Positions 30,169 to 39,499 of a stretch of DNA of 64,000 bases are shown one piece after another. The number at the start of each line of letters is the position of its first letter. The stretch's first letter is position 1. The DNA comes from a virus (lineage: Duplodnaviria > Caudoviricetes), in IMG/VR virus record IMGVR_UViG_2724679353_000001, positions 1 to 64,000 of that record; one strand, given 5' to 3'. The notes below the pieces were generated by a model, which was not told the origin of the DNA, ran no database searches, and saw only the letters and a program-made list of their open reading frames with translations. A program made the position numbers and the translations under genes.

Positions 30169-31542
30169 TTAAAATTTTGGTGTTGAATAGTGTTTTTCTT
30201 TGGCCGGTGGCCTTGATGCCTCTTTTGCCATTCGGCTGGCTTCTTTTGCCACCAGTTGATCCACCGGTAGAAAGTGGCCGTTTTTAAATTCCTGATAAAC
30301 GGTACCAGGCTCGCCAAATCGGTTTTTGGTTACTATGGCCTCAGCAAATCTTGCTGCCGGACTATCTGCGTTATAAACCGCTTCTCGATACAGCATGATG
30401 ATGCTGTCGGCGTCCTGCTCGATTGAACCTGAGTCCCTGAGGTCGGAACTGATTGGCCTGCGGCTACCTGGTGGCCGTTCATCCACTTTTCGCGACAACT
30501 GGCTCAGTGCAAAAATCGGGGTATTTATCCGACCGGCCAGCGTTTTTAATCCGCGTGAAATGATGCCGATAGACAGGTCATTACGCTCCGCCTTTGGCTT
30601 GGTAATCAGGCCAAGATAATCAACCATCACCATTCTCAGCTTTGGGTACCGGCGCTTGTGCGTTTCTGCGATAGCCCGTATCTGATCGATGGTTAGCTCA
30701 CTGGCATCAACGATCCAAATATCACGACCATTCAATGCCTGTAGCGCGGAGTTAATACGCGCCCAGTCCTCATCACATAACGTTTTAGGGTCGCGTAATT
30801 TAGACACTGGCAAGTTACCAGCACCGGCAACGGAACGTTCCACCATCTGTAGGGAAGCCATTTCCATGCTGAATATCAGCGCACCACCGCCGTTCTGTGT
30901 AGCACCCTCAACAATCTTTAATGCAAACTCAGTCTTACCCATACCCGGCCGACCAGCGATGACAACCAAGTCCTGAGGGTTAAAGCCGCCCGTTATTGCA
31001 TCCAGCTCGACAATGCCGGTACGCAGGTTCATTGACTCAACTTCGCCATTCATCCGCTTATCTAGCGTATCCATGAAGCCGGGCAACAAGTCATTTAGGT
31101 GAACAGGGATGATGCCGCCACTGTCTGCCGTCATATCGATCAGTTGTGTTACCGCACCCTGTATCACCTGATCGCGCTGTTCCTGATTGTTAGCCCCTCG
31201 GATGCCATCAGCAGCGGTCTGGAATAATGCGGTCATAGTTCGGCTGTACCAGGTCTTACGGGCATGCGCGGCATAGCCTTTTAGGTTCGCTACGTTTCCC
31301 GGCATACGGACAATTTCAGACAGAGTGGCCAGACTATTTCCGCCCAACGCCTCACTGACAAACAGGACATCGATCAGCCCTTTAGTCAGTGCCTGCTTTT
31401 TAATTTCCGCATACGCAGAACGGTATATTCTTATGCTGAATGCTTCCTCTGGTAGCGTGGCTATTACCTCCAGCGCATCAGGGGTAGAGCCGCCATAGAG
31501 CAGACCAGATAAAATTGCCGCTTCCAATTCTTGAGGCTTCAT
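30169..31542 (-). CDS. dnaB: Replicative DNA helicase
   Basis: AGRPGMGKT, FSMEM, VDYLGL, LSQLSR and SGSIEQDAD motifs. Confidence 0.95.
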   Translation of the reverse strand: MKPQELEAAILSGLLYGGSTPDALEVIATLPEEAFSIRIYRSAYAEIKKQALTKGLIDVLFVSEALGGNSLATLSEIVRMPGNVANLKGYAAHARKTWYSRTMTALFQTAADGIRGANNQEQRDQVIQGAVTQLIDMTADSGGIIPVHLNDLLPGFMDTLDKRMNGEVESMNLRTGIVELDAITGGFNPQDLVVIAGRPGMGKTEFALKIVEGATQNGGGALIFSMEMASLQMVERSVAGAGNLPVSKLRDPKTLCDEDWARINSALQALNGRDIWIVDASELTIDQIRAIAETHKRRYPKLRMVMVDYLGLITKPKAERNDLSIGIISRGLKTLAGRINTPIFALSQLSRKVDERPPGSRRPISSDLRDSGSIEQDADSIIMLYREAVYNADSPAARFAEAIVTKNRFGEPGTVYQEFKNGHFLPVDQLVAKEASRMAKEASRPPAKEKHYSTPKF

Positions 31543-32585
31543 AGCGCACCATCACGAGTTTTTCTCAAGACTTCCGGTCTCATCAGATAATCGAAATTTG
31601 CACACCAGTGCGAACCATCATCACCACCGAAATAATACTCTGACGCACGTTCGCGAAATGCCTCGAAGTAGCCCTGGAATGCCTCGAGGTCTTGGGTTTT
31701 CAGGTATTGGAGTAATTCGCGGATAGCGTGTTTACGATCCTGATCAATTTCGGCCGGTGGTAAAACATCGCCGAATACACGGTTATACGCAGCAATGACC
31801 GCATCACAATCAATCCGCCCGGCAGACTCAGACCATGCGCTGGCATCAGCCAGATAACCATCGAATCGGTTTACACGGCAGATATTCGCAGGTTTGGCAT
31901 ACTTGCCGTTGCGGGGTTTCCAGGTGCTGACCACCCAATGAGTCACCAATTGCAAATCAGCCAATGAGTAGGCTTTCCGTGATTTGGTGGCATGCAACAA
32001 TATTTCGTACGGTCGAGGGTCTTTGCACCGGGTATGGGTGAGTTCGTTGTAATACGCCAAAGCCCTTTCAGCATCAGCGAGGATGTTTTCCGTTTCCCCT
32101 TGAGGGGTAAGGGGTGTTTTATTCTTTGTAGTATTCTTTGTAGTATTCTCTTGTAACATTTGGTCATTCTGACTAGATGTGATCTTGTCATTCTGACCTG
32201 CTCCCAATTGGTCATTTTGACCAGATGCATTTGTAGAATTAAGCAACTCCAATTGGTCATAATTTATCGAATACCACTTAGTGCGGTTATAGGGATCACT
32301 GAGTAACACTTTATGTAACTGACCAACTGAAATTAGTTTCATTTCCAGCAGGTTTGCCAACGTGCGTTTAATCGTACTATCAGACCAAAAGCCTAATTCA
32401 TCGGCCCATTCAGCCGCCGATTTATAAAACCACTTCCGGCCTTCATGACGGTGATCCGACCGACATAGCCAATAATGAATTTGCTGAACGAGTATGGCTT
32501 CATTGAGGCCAATCTCTTTTGCAAGCGAGGGTAGTACTTGCAGCGGAGGTTCATTAATTAACAGCTTGGAGCTATTCATCTTCAA
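31539..32585 (-). CDS. Replication initiator (lambda O-like)
   Basis: N-terminal wHTH (IGLNEAILVQQIHYW), internal iterons, NFDYLMR C-terminus. Confidence 0.85.
   Translation of the reverse strand: MKMNSSKLLINEPPLQVLPSLAKEIGLNEAILVQQIHYWLCRSDHRHEGRKWFYKSAAEWADELGFWSDSTIKRTLANLLEMKLISVGQLHKVLLSDPYNRTKWYSINYDQLELLNSTNASGQNDQLGAGQNDKITSSQNDQMLQENTTKNTTKNKTPLTPQGETENILADAERALAYYNELTHTRCKDPRPYEILLHATKSRKAYSLADLQLVTHWVVSTWKPRNGKYAKPANICRVNRFDGYLADASAWSESAGRIDCDAVIAAYNRVFGDVLPPAEIDQDRKHAIRELLQYLKTQDLEAFQGYFEAFRERASEYYFGGDDGSHWCANFDYLMRPEVLRKTRDGAL
32119..32262. repeat. Replication origin iterons inside the O-like gene
   Basis: GTCATT(C/T)TGAC units with 24-bp period near 32160, 32184 and 32208, partial copy at 32253, plus AT-rich TATTCTTTGTAG x2. 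Confidence 0.75.
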
Positions 32586-32806
32586 ACCCCCAGCGCTTCC
32601 GCTATTTGCCGACAGGCAGACTGATAATCGTCGGGCGATAGATTTAATTTACGCAGCTCTGTTTTTTTCTGTTCGTACTGCTCCCAGATACTCATAGCGG
32701 CAACCAGGCGCCCTTCAAAAATTGGCGCAACATCAGCTTTGCTGGCTGGCTGTCCGTTCAACATGAACCCGTTGCAGTACGTGATTTTATCGATAGATGT
32801 AAGCAT
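32582..32806 (-). CDS. Hypothetical protein upstream of the initiator
   Basis: Coupled to the O-like gene; preceded by AGAGGCAAGACCA. Confidence 0.7.
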   Translation of the reverse strand: MLTSIDKITYCNGFMLNGQPASKADVAPIFEGRLVAAMSIWEQYEQKKTELRKLNLSPDDYQSACRQIAEALGV

Positions 32807-32822
32807 TGGTCTTGCCTCTGTT

Positions 32823-33287
32823 TTATACGGTGGTCAGCCGTTGGTGTTGTGGTCTGATTGCGTGAAGTGCCGCAACAGCGCCCGATATTCTTTGTGACAT
32901 GTCACAGCCATCTAATAGAACCGCGCTAATTGCTGCGGCAAACTCTCTGCTGGCAATCGAAACCAAATAATTAACGGTCTCGCCATTCACTCTGGCCCGC
33001 CGTTCTGCCGGGAGCGCAGCTTTAAGTACCGGTGATAATTCCAAGACCTTTCGCATTGATGCTTTTGAATCCCCGCGCAGCCAACGAAATAACTGCTGCC
33101 GGTTGTTGTTGATAGACTTCCAATCAGCGTTGCCCTGCTCGTCTTCAATGGGAGTGAGGCGTACTGAATCCGTATTGATACTAAGCAAGAAAAACATTCT
33201 GCTGATCTCGATAGCTACATGCTCCTGCCCCCGTTCTGCTGCCCATGCCTGTACTTCAGCTTTAAGGGCGTTAACTTGTTGTTCCAC
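32823..33287 (-). CDS. CII-like / YdaT-family regulator
   Basis: Downstream of cro; NNRQQLFRWLRG motif; GTG start with AGGAG RBS. Confidence 0.75.
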   Translation of the reverse strand: MEQQVNALKAEVQAWAAERGQEHVAIEISRMFFLLSINTDSVRLTPIEDEQGNADWKSINNNRQQLFRWLRGDSKASMRKVLELSPVLKAALPAERRARVNGETVNYLVSIASREFAAAISAVLLDGCDMSQRISGAVAALHAIRPQHQRLTTV

Positions 33288-33324
33288 GTTGCGTCTCCTG
33301 TCGCAGGAAATTGATTATTGATAA

Positions 33325-33579
33325 TCAGATTTGTGTGTGGGGTTTGTTTAGACTAACTTCAGGTTCCGGATGCGGAAATAAGTCAGGTAAATCAGGGCGA
33401 ACTTGATGCGCTTGTACCTCACCATTGGTAGCTTCAACGAGGAATTTAACATTTCTCGGGGCTACCTTTGCTTTGCCGCATAACCATTTTTGAACGGCCG
33501 CCTGAGTAACGCCGCATGCCTCCGCTAGTCTCTTTTGAGTGCCAACAATTTGAATTGCCGTCTTAATTACATTATCCAT
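33325..33579 (-). CDS. cro: Cro-like (YdaS) regulator
   Basis: GTQKRLAEACGVTQAAVQKW HTH; RPDL motif; divergent from cI. Confidence 0.85.
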   Translation of the reverse strand: MDNVIKTAIQIVGTQKRLAEACGVTQAAVQKWLCGKAKVAPRNVKFLVEATNGEVQAHQVRPDLPDLFPHPEPEVSLNKPHTQI

Positions 33580-33583
33580 TTCA

Positions 33584-33674
33584 ATCACCTTTGTTGTATT
33601 TAATTGCAAATATACAACCAAGGTTGTTTTTAAGCAACAACAATAGTGATTTGACCGGGTATAACTAAGGTTGT
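33584..33674. promoter_or_regulatory. OR operator region (pR/pRM)
   Basis: ACAAC-N4-GTTGT-like sites at 33584, 33614, 33637 and 33661. Confidence 0.8.
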
Positions 33675-33691
33675 ATTTTGCGAGGATGGGA

Positions 33692-34405
33692 ATGACACTT
33701 GCACAAAGATTGAAAGTAGCCATGAAGGAATCTGGGCTAACTCAGGCTGCACTAGCTGAGAAGGCTGGAGTTTCACAAGCTGCTATTCAAAAAATAACAT
33801 CCGGTAAAAGCCAGAGCACCACTAAGCTACTGGAAATTTCCCGCGCACTCCAGGTACGCCCGGAATGGCTTGGAGAAGGGATTTTGCCGATGAAAGAATC
33901 GACTAAAACAATAAATCAGGAATCAAATATTCCTTCTGAGAATGATTGGGGGAATATTATACCTTGGGATAGTCAGTGTCCAATTCACGAAGACGAGGTC
34001 GAAGTGCCATTCTTACGTGATATTGAACTTGCTGCCGGTGATGGTAGCTTTTGTGATCAAGACTACAATGGTTTTAAACTTCGCTTTTCGAAATCGACCT
34101 TGCGGCGAGTTGGTGCTCAGAAAGAGAATGTCATTTGCTTTCCAGCCCATGGAAATAGCATGGAGCCGATTCTACCAAACGGTACGACAGTAGCTGTTGA
34201 TTGTGCAAATAAAAAAATTATCGATGGTAAAATATATGCAATCAATCAAGACGGATTAAAACGTCTTAAACTTTTATATCGTATGCCAGGAAATAAGCTA
34301 AGTATCCGCAGCTTTAATAAAGCCGAGCACCCAGATGAAGATGCTGACGGAGAAACCGTAGAAATTATTGGCCGCGTGTTTTGGTGGTCAGTTCTGGATT
34401 ATTGA
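33692..34405 (+). CDS. cI: CI repressor (HTH + S24 peptidase)
   Basis: HTH; LAAGDG cleavage region; GNSMEP serine and LKRLK lysine; exact start uncertain (33686 or 33692). Confidence 0.92.
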   Translation: MTLAQRLKVAMKESGLTQAALAEKAGVSQAAIQKITSGKSQSTTKLLEISRALQVRPEWLGEGILPMKESTKTINQESNIPSENDWGNIIPWDSQCPIHEDEVEVPFLRDIELAAGDGSFCDQDYNGFKLRFSKSTLRRVGAQKENVICFPAHGNSMEPILPNGTTVAVDCANKKIIDGKIYAINQDGLKRLKLLYRMPGNKLSIRSFNKAEHPDEDADGETVEIIGRVFWWSVLDY

Positions 34406-34472
34406 TAGCTCTAACTTCTAAGTAGTCCAATGAGGGTAGGAGTGTCACTCAACCTAAGAGTTAAAGGAAAAT

Positions 34473-35629
34473 ATGAAGATATTCGCTGAGAAATTAAGAG
34501 CGCACTCTGATCACGTAAAAAAAGTAAGCCATCATTGTTCTACCGAAGAAACGACTAAACAAGCATTAATATTGCCAATGTTAGATATTCTTGGCTTTAA
34601 CTCTTATGACCCAACGAAAGTTAAAGCAGAATATGGCGCTGATTTCCCTGGTGTTAAAGTAGGTGAACGAGTCGACTATGCCCTATTTTGCCATGGTGTT
34701 CCTGTCATGTTTATTGAGGCCAAGGGCTATAATCAGAAACTTGATAACCATTGCCCTCAGCTTTCTAGATACTTTAACGCGACACCTGAGGTCACTATTG
34801 CAGCTATAACTAATGGCACCCATGGCGTTTCTTTACCGACCTTAAGCAAAGAAATATTATGGATGCCTCTCCATTCCTACAGATTGATGTAGATGAAGCA
34901 TCGGACTCTGATGCTCATCAGCTATATCAATTCCGTCACGACCAGTTCCAACCAGAAGCACTTCGAACCTTAGCTGAAGAAAGCATATACTTATCAGCAT
35001 TTACTGATGTTATCAGTGATAGTTTAAGGAATGTTGATGCTGATTTTGTCCGCTATGTTGCAAGTCGCTCTAGCGTACAACGACAGTTGAACCAAAAGTT
35101 TCTCGACACAATTACACCACTAGTAAAAATGGCAGTAGAACGAGCTGTTAGTGCAATGGTAGTTTCTGGGCTATCAATGGCTTCCAACAAAGACAAAGAT
35201 GTTGAAGTCTCACTAGCACCAGAGCTGAAAAAAATAGATGAAACAGCGTCAGTCGTGGATCCTGAAAATTCAAATATAGTTACTACGCATAACGAAAGGT
35301 TATTTTTTAGTAATATTCAACTATTACTTGGTGAACAGGCTGATATTTCAGCAAAAGACACAGCCAGTTATTACAATATTCTTTGCCAGGGAAAATCAAA
35401 CCGTTGGGTTGTACGCTATTTTGATAGTAAACAGCGACCATCGATAATTTTACCAATTGAATTAGATGAAAAAGCTATTGCAGAAGTTGAGCGAGCGGGA
35501 CTTGAGCTAGCTCCAGGCAATCAAATTATAATAGATCGCCCTGAAAATATTTTGCGATTATCCGGGCTAATCTTGGATTCATACAATTACTGTATGGACG
35601 ATGATAATTTCAGAAACAAGAAAAAATAG
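34473..35629 (+). pseudogene. HsdR N-terminal (PD-(D/E)xK) domain protein split by a 1-bp deletion
   Basis: EETTK..LILPML..LGF, VDYAL, FIEAK, QLSRYF, ITNG; adding one base near 34822 restores ITNGT-x-WRFFTDL into ORF 34859-35629. Confidence 0.75.
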
Positions 35630-35798
35630 TAATCCATTTCCTGCCCCTTCTCATTGGAGGGGCGCATACATGAATCCCTACGTCATAAACGCCTACCTAA
35701 ATTCAGCCTTCATTACTTGATTAACCTCTAAAAAATTCAAAAAAGCACAACCAAACTAAAGCTAAGAAAACACAAATAAAACCAATGCGCCATAAAAT

Positions 35799-35840
35799 AC
35801 AACCAAAGTTGTTGACACAAATACAACTAAAGTGTTTAAT
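35799..35840 (+). promoter_or_regulatory. pL promoter with OL operators
   Basis: TTGACA (35812)-17 bp-TTTAAT (35835); ACAACCAAAGTTGT at 35799 and ACAACTAAAGTGTT at 35823. Confidence 0.85.
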
Positions 35841-35869
35841 TGTTTTCATCAACACGGCACAGCAGCCGA

Positions 35870-35932
35870 TGCGAACAGGCAGGACGCCCACGAAGTAGCT
35901 GCCGGTGGCATACGAAACACCGGATGATTCGC
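35870..35932 (+). ncRNA. Structured pL leader (three-way junction candidate)
   Basis: GCGAA/TTCGC closing GGCAG/CTGCC and CCGGTG/CACCGG stems. Confidence 0.45.
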
Positions 35933-35987
35933 AATTTAGGTTTAGTACGTTCTGACAGCCCGGAAAGACGGCACCAAATTACAGACG

Positions 35988-36016
35988 TAAAAAAACCCAC
36001 CGAAGTGGGCTTCTTT
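35988..36016 (+). terminator. tL1-like terminator
   Basis: CCCAC-cgaa-GTGGG followed by CTTCTTT. Confidence 0.65.
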
Positions 36017-36132
36017 ACCCCGGATCACCGACCAAAGTTAACCGGGAATTGCTAACGGGGACCAACCCGTTAACAGAGGCAAGACCAACGGCTTACGCCA
36101 CCAATCTTACAACCAGTATATCAGGAGTTGCT

Positions 36133-36468
36133 ATGACAGCACTACAGATAACCACCACGCTCTATATCCATGTTAATCCGCATTCAGCATTGAAAGATAA
36201 TCGCTTTATCGTGTGTACCTGTGACATGTCACAGTCCGCGCCAGCCTATGCGTTACTCGAAACCCGCGAAATCACGTTGGCGTTCGACGAACCCGATCCA
36301 TTTGAAATCATCGGTAAGCAGGTTGATTCACTACGCGCTCAGAAAGAACGTGTCGCGGCGGAATCATATCGGCATCAGTTGCTTATTGATGATCAGATTC
36401 AGGCGTTGCTCTGCATCGAGCACACCATGCCAGCAAACGTCTCTGACGATAGCGACATTCCTTTTTAA
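36133..36468 (+). CDS. Hypothetical early protein with SSB-like acidic tail (DDSDIPF)
   Basis: AGGAG RBS; first gene of the pL operon. Confidence 0.7.
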   Translation: MTALQITTTLYIHVNPHSALKDNRFIVCTCDMSQSAPAYALLETREITLAFDEPDPFEIIGKQVDSLRAQKERVAAESYRHQLLIDDQIQALLCIEHTMPANVSDDSDIPF

Positions 36469-36523
36469 TTAGCCCTACATCAAAGACCAAGATCCGCTTA
36501 AAAACCAAAGAGGCAAGACCAAC

Positions 36524-38725
36524 ATGACTGTATTTATTTGCTTATTCAAGCCGAAAAAAGCGGCCGTCAAAAATGGGGCTATCCCACTGGTTATAGCGCT
36601 GGAGGCCATTAATAAGAAAATGGCATCCGCACTGGCCATCGCTAAATTGTGGGAGGCCTACCCCGCCGCTGGCGATAACTTCGCTGATCCGAAAATCTGT
36701 GAGGATTCAGTCGGGCAACCGCGCCCTGTGGTCGGTGAATTCGACGAACAGTTCGCCCAGGAGAATACTTTTGATGGCAAAGTATGGACGCCAAATACCG
36801 CGGCATCGCCAGAAGATGAGGACGATAACGACGGCGACGAACAAGGTGATGATTCTGGTTTAGTGAACTACGCCAAGCTGGGCATCGATGTCAAAGTTGG
36901 CAAAATCCTAATGTATGACTTACGTGACATCGATACGCACGAACTATCACTGGTATATGACCTGGTTAACGACGATGAGGGCGATGCCGGGCTACGTTCC
37001 ATTATAACCGCATTAGCAGGCATACCGGCTATAGGGGCAATGTACCAAGAATCGGTCAAAGAGCTGATCGACGCTATCAATGTGAAATTCCCGAACACAC
37101 CTCAATTCCCAGAAGTTCGAAAATTCGCTCAAAAATGGGTTGATGAACCCAATAAGCGGGACGAGTTAACCGGGACGAAAAAAGTCACCCGCATAGATAC
37201 ACCGGCCCCTGATGCGCCAATTAAACGCAGCTTTGAACACACATATAAAACGCTTGATCTCGAAGTTGCTCTCGCCTTGGTACCGGCTGATTTTAACTGC
37301 TGGGAAATCCATTCAGCAGAAATGAAGCAAGCAAAAGAGTTGATGGACAGTAATGATGATGCCTGGCGCAAATGGTCAACCGAATTACGCGTTCGTAGCG
37401 ATGCGTTGTCTATTCCGCGTGAAACCATCTTTGAGATCATTCGCGTGGGTAAAAAGAAACCTATCTTCCTCACCAATGCCGCCGCCAGAAAAGAATTTAT
37501 CGCACAATGTATCGCCGCCAAAGGGCCGCAGCCTGCGGTTAAAAATTTGGGTGACGGTAAGTTCTCTATTGATGGTCTGATCGGTGGTGAACCCCAACCG
37601 GCGGCAAATAGTGAAACAAAACTGGCTCTGGTTGCTAATTCTGAACCAAAAACTGAAACAGAACCGCCAATTGTTGCAACAGAACAGGAAAAACCCGTAC
37701 AGGAACCCATCACCGATAACACCGCTCAACAGGCTAAAGAGACGTTGGATCAGTTGGGTTATGGCGTTTATGCATCGGTTGATGAGAAGCCGGCAGAGGT
37801 TATTGAGACGACGCAACCAAGCACGGTTGCTAGCGTAGAAGTTACTGTTGATGAGTTCCAACACCGTGCCGGGTTGATTGAACAAGAGATTGCGCAGAAG
37901 TCCCCTCAGGAACAAGAAAACCTGCATATTTGGAAATCGGTACAACGCACCGACCCGCGCTTTACCAAACCTGTAGAGGGCGCGGGATATGTCGCTACCA
38001 GCATTAACGCTGAATATATGTTTATGCGGGCCACGGAAGTATTCGGCCCCATCGGTGAGGGTTGGGGCTATACCATTCTTGAAGAAAAGATGCTGCCAGG
38101 CGCGCCAATGTCCGAGGCTATTTACGACGATAACAAGAAATACATTGGCAACCGGCTTATTCGTGATGCCGATGGCACATTGATATGCGAACAGAATCAC
38201 TCAATCAAAATTCAATTCTGGTATTCAATGGAGGGAGAAATACGTGGCGAGATCGAAAGCTACGGAGCCACCCCTTACATGTATAAAACCAATAAAGGAA
38301 TTAAGGCTGATAACGAGGTAATCAAAAAAAGCCTCACGGACGCCATTAAGAAAGCGCTATCTATGCTGGGCTTTAGCGCTGACGTATGGCTCGGCATGCA
38401 CGATAACCCCGAATATATGGCAGAAAATAACATTGAGTTTGCTATTAAAAATGCCAGTGAAAAAGCCGGTGACTCAGTACGTCTGCGCAAAGAGCTGGAT
38501 GATAAATTAACCAAAGTCGGCAATACCATTTCGAATGCCGTCACCACCAATGAAGTGAATAAGATATATAGCACCATTACGCGAGAAATCGACGTACACC
38601 GCAAAGATGCCGACGCCAAAGCTGACAAAGAATACGCCAACTACCTCAAAAGCCGCCTGCTTGCATTACATCGCTTAACCGAACAACGGGTTGCCGAACT
38701 TAACGCACAGGAGCAAACAGCATGA
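36524..38725 (+). CDS. Recombination protein: RecE-like N-terminal region plus Rad52/Sak-like annealase domain
   Basis: C-terminal RATEVFGPIGEGWGY...KKSLTDAIKKALSMLGF; acidic P/E-rich linker. Confidence 0.65.
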   Translation: MTVFICLFKPKKAAVKNGAIPLVIALEAINKKMASALAIAKLWEAYPAAGDNFADPKICEDSVGQPRPVVGEFDEQFAQENTFDGKVWTPNTAASPEDEDDNDGDEQGDDSGLVNYAKLGIDVKVGKILMYDLRDIDTHELSLVYDLVNDDEGDAGLRSIITALAGIPAIGAMYQESVKELIDAINVKFPNTPQFPEVRKFAQKWVDEPNKRDELTGTKKVTRIDTPAPDAPIKRSFEHTYKTLDLEVALALVPADFNCWEIHSAEMKQAKELMDSNDDAWRKWSTELRVRSDALSIPRETIFEIIRVGKKKPIFLTNAAARKEFIAQCIAAKGPQPAVKNLGDGKFSIDGLIGGEPQPAANSETKLALVANSEPKTETEPPIVATEQEKPVQEPITDNTAQQAKETLDQLGYGVYASVDEKPAEVIETTQPSTVASVEVTVDEFQHRAGLIEQEIAQKSPQEQENLHIWKSVQRTDPRFTKPVEGAGYVATSINAEYMFMRATEVFGPIGEGWGYTILEEKMLPGAPMSEAIYDDNKKYIGNRLIRDADGTLICEQNHSIKIQFWYSMEGEIRGEIESYGATPYMYKTNKGIKADNEVIKKSLTDAIKKALSMLGFSADVWLGMHDNPEYMAENNIEFAIKNASEKAGDSVRLRKELDDKLTKVGNTISNAVTTNEVNKIYSTITREIDVHRKDADAKADKEYANYLKSRLLALHRLTEQRVAELNAQEQTA

Positions 38726-39222
38726 GCAATACAGCCATCGCATTAGCCGCAGACCTTTTCAAACTGCAACAATTAGTTGAGTCCTCAGAGGAACTCACGC
38801 CAGAAATGATCGCCGATACGCTAGAGGATTTAGAGGGTGCTTTGGGGGATAAGCTGGATGCAACCTATGTCTTTGTTCGCAACCTTGAAGGCCAGGCTAA
38901 GACCTGTGATGAGGAAGCTAAACGCCTGGCTGAGCGGAAAAGGTCATTCGAGAATCGGGCCAAATCGATCAAACAGTATGTCCTTAACTGCTTATTGGCC
39001 GCAGATAAGAACACACTTAAAACACCGTATAACACATTCACCGCGCGTAAAGGTGTGGCCAGTGTGGTGATCGACAATGAAGACTTATTGCCCAGTGAAT
39101 TGGTGACAGTGCAAACCATCGTAGCGCCCGATAAAAAGGCCATCAAGGAAGCCATAGAAAATGGTGTTGATGTTAAAGGTGCGCATATTGAGATAGGCAA
39201 TCGTAGCCTGCAGGTTCGCTAA
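38722..39222 (+). CDS. Siphovirus Gp157-family (Gam-like) protein
   Basis: IADTLE, EAKRLAERK, PDKKAIKEAI..G..VKGA motifs. Confidence 0.85.
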   Translation: MSNTAIALAADLFKLQQLVESSEELTPEMIADTLEDLEGALGDKLDATYVFVRNLEGQAKTCDEEAKRLAERKRSFENRAKSIKQYVLNCLLAADKNTLKTPYNTFTARKGVASVVIDNEDLLPSELVTVQTIVAPDKKAIKEAIENGVDVKGAHIEIGNRSLQVR

Positions 39223-39267
39223 TTTCATCCCGCCCCAAACCAACGGGGCATTACTGAGGCAACACCC

Positions 39268-39450
39268 ATGCTAAAGCGTACTCACAAACGCGGTGAAAAG
39301 TCCTATATCACGCTCCCCGATGGACGAACGGGAACTATCCACACCGATCGCCGTTGTGATGTTCACTACGATTTTCCGGTAGATGTTCGAATTAGCAGCA
39401 CTCAACCGCAAGAAGTCGCTGAAAAGTTGATTTTGCATAATCAGAAATAA
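39268..39450 (+). CDS. Divergent CsrA-like protein
   Basis: 60 aa; ML..T...GE...I and (F/A)P..V pattern aligns with CsrA; CsrA Arg44 position not conserved. Confidence 0.5.
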   Translation: MLKRTHKRGEKSYITLPDGRTGTIHTDRRCDVHYDFPVDVRISSTQPQEVAEKLILHNQK

Positions 39451-39499
39451 TCAACCCGCCCCGCTAGCATGGTGGTAATCCAACACCAGGGAAACCACT

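Noticed and set aside
32160-32262. GACCAA-containing repeats as part of the RBS-box regulon
   Set aside because: They are 24-bp-periodic dyad repeats in the middle of the O-like gene, the classic ori iteron position, and are not near start codons.
35870-35932. Hammerhead ribozyme or HK022 put element
   Set aside because: GAAAC and ATGA are present but the CUGANGA core is missing and the order is wrong; no recognisable put similarity.
37129-38640. Long antisense ORFs (197, 271 and 121 aa) and similar ones such as 23761-24378 and 63199-63984
   Set aside because: They are shadows of well-supported genes on the opposite strand, with no RBS or motif support.
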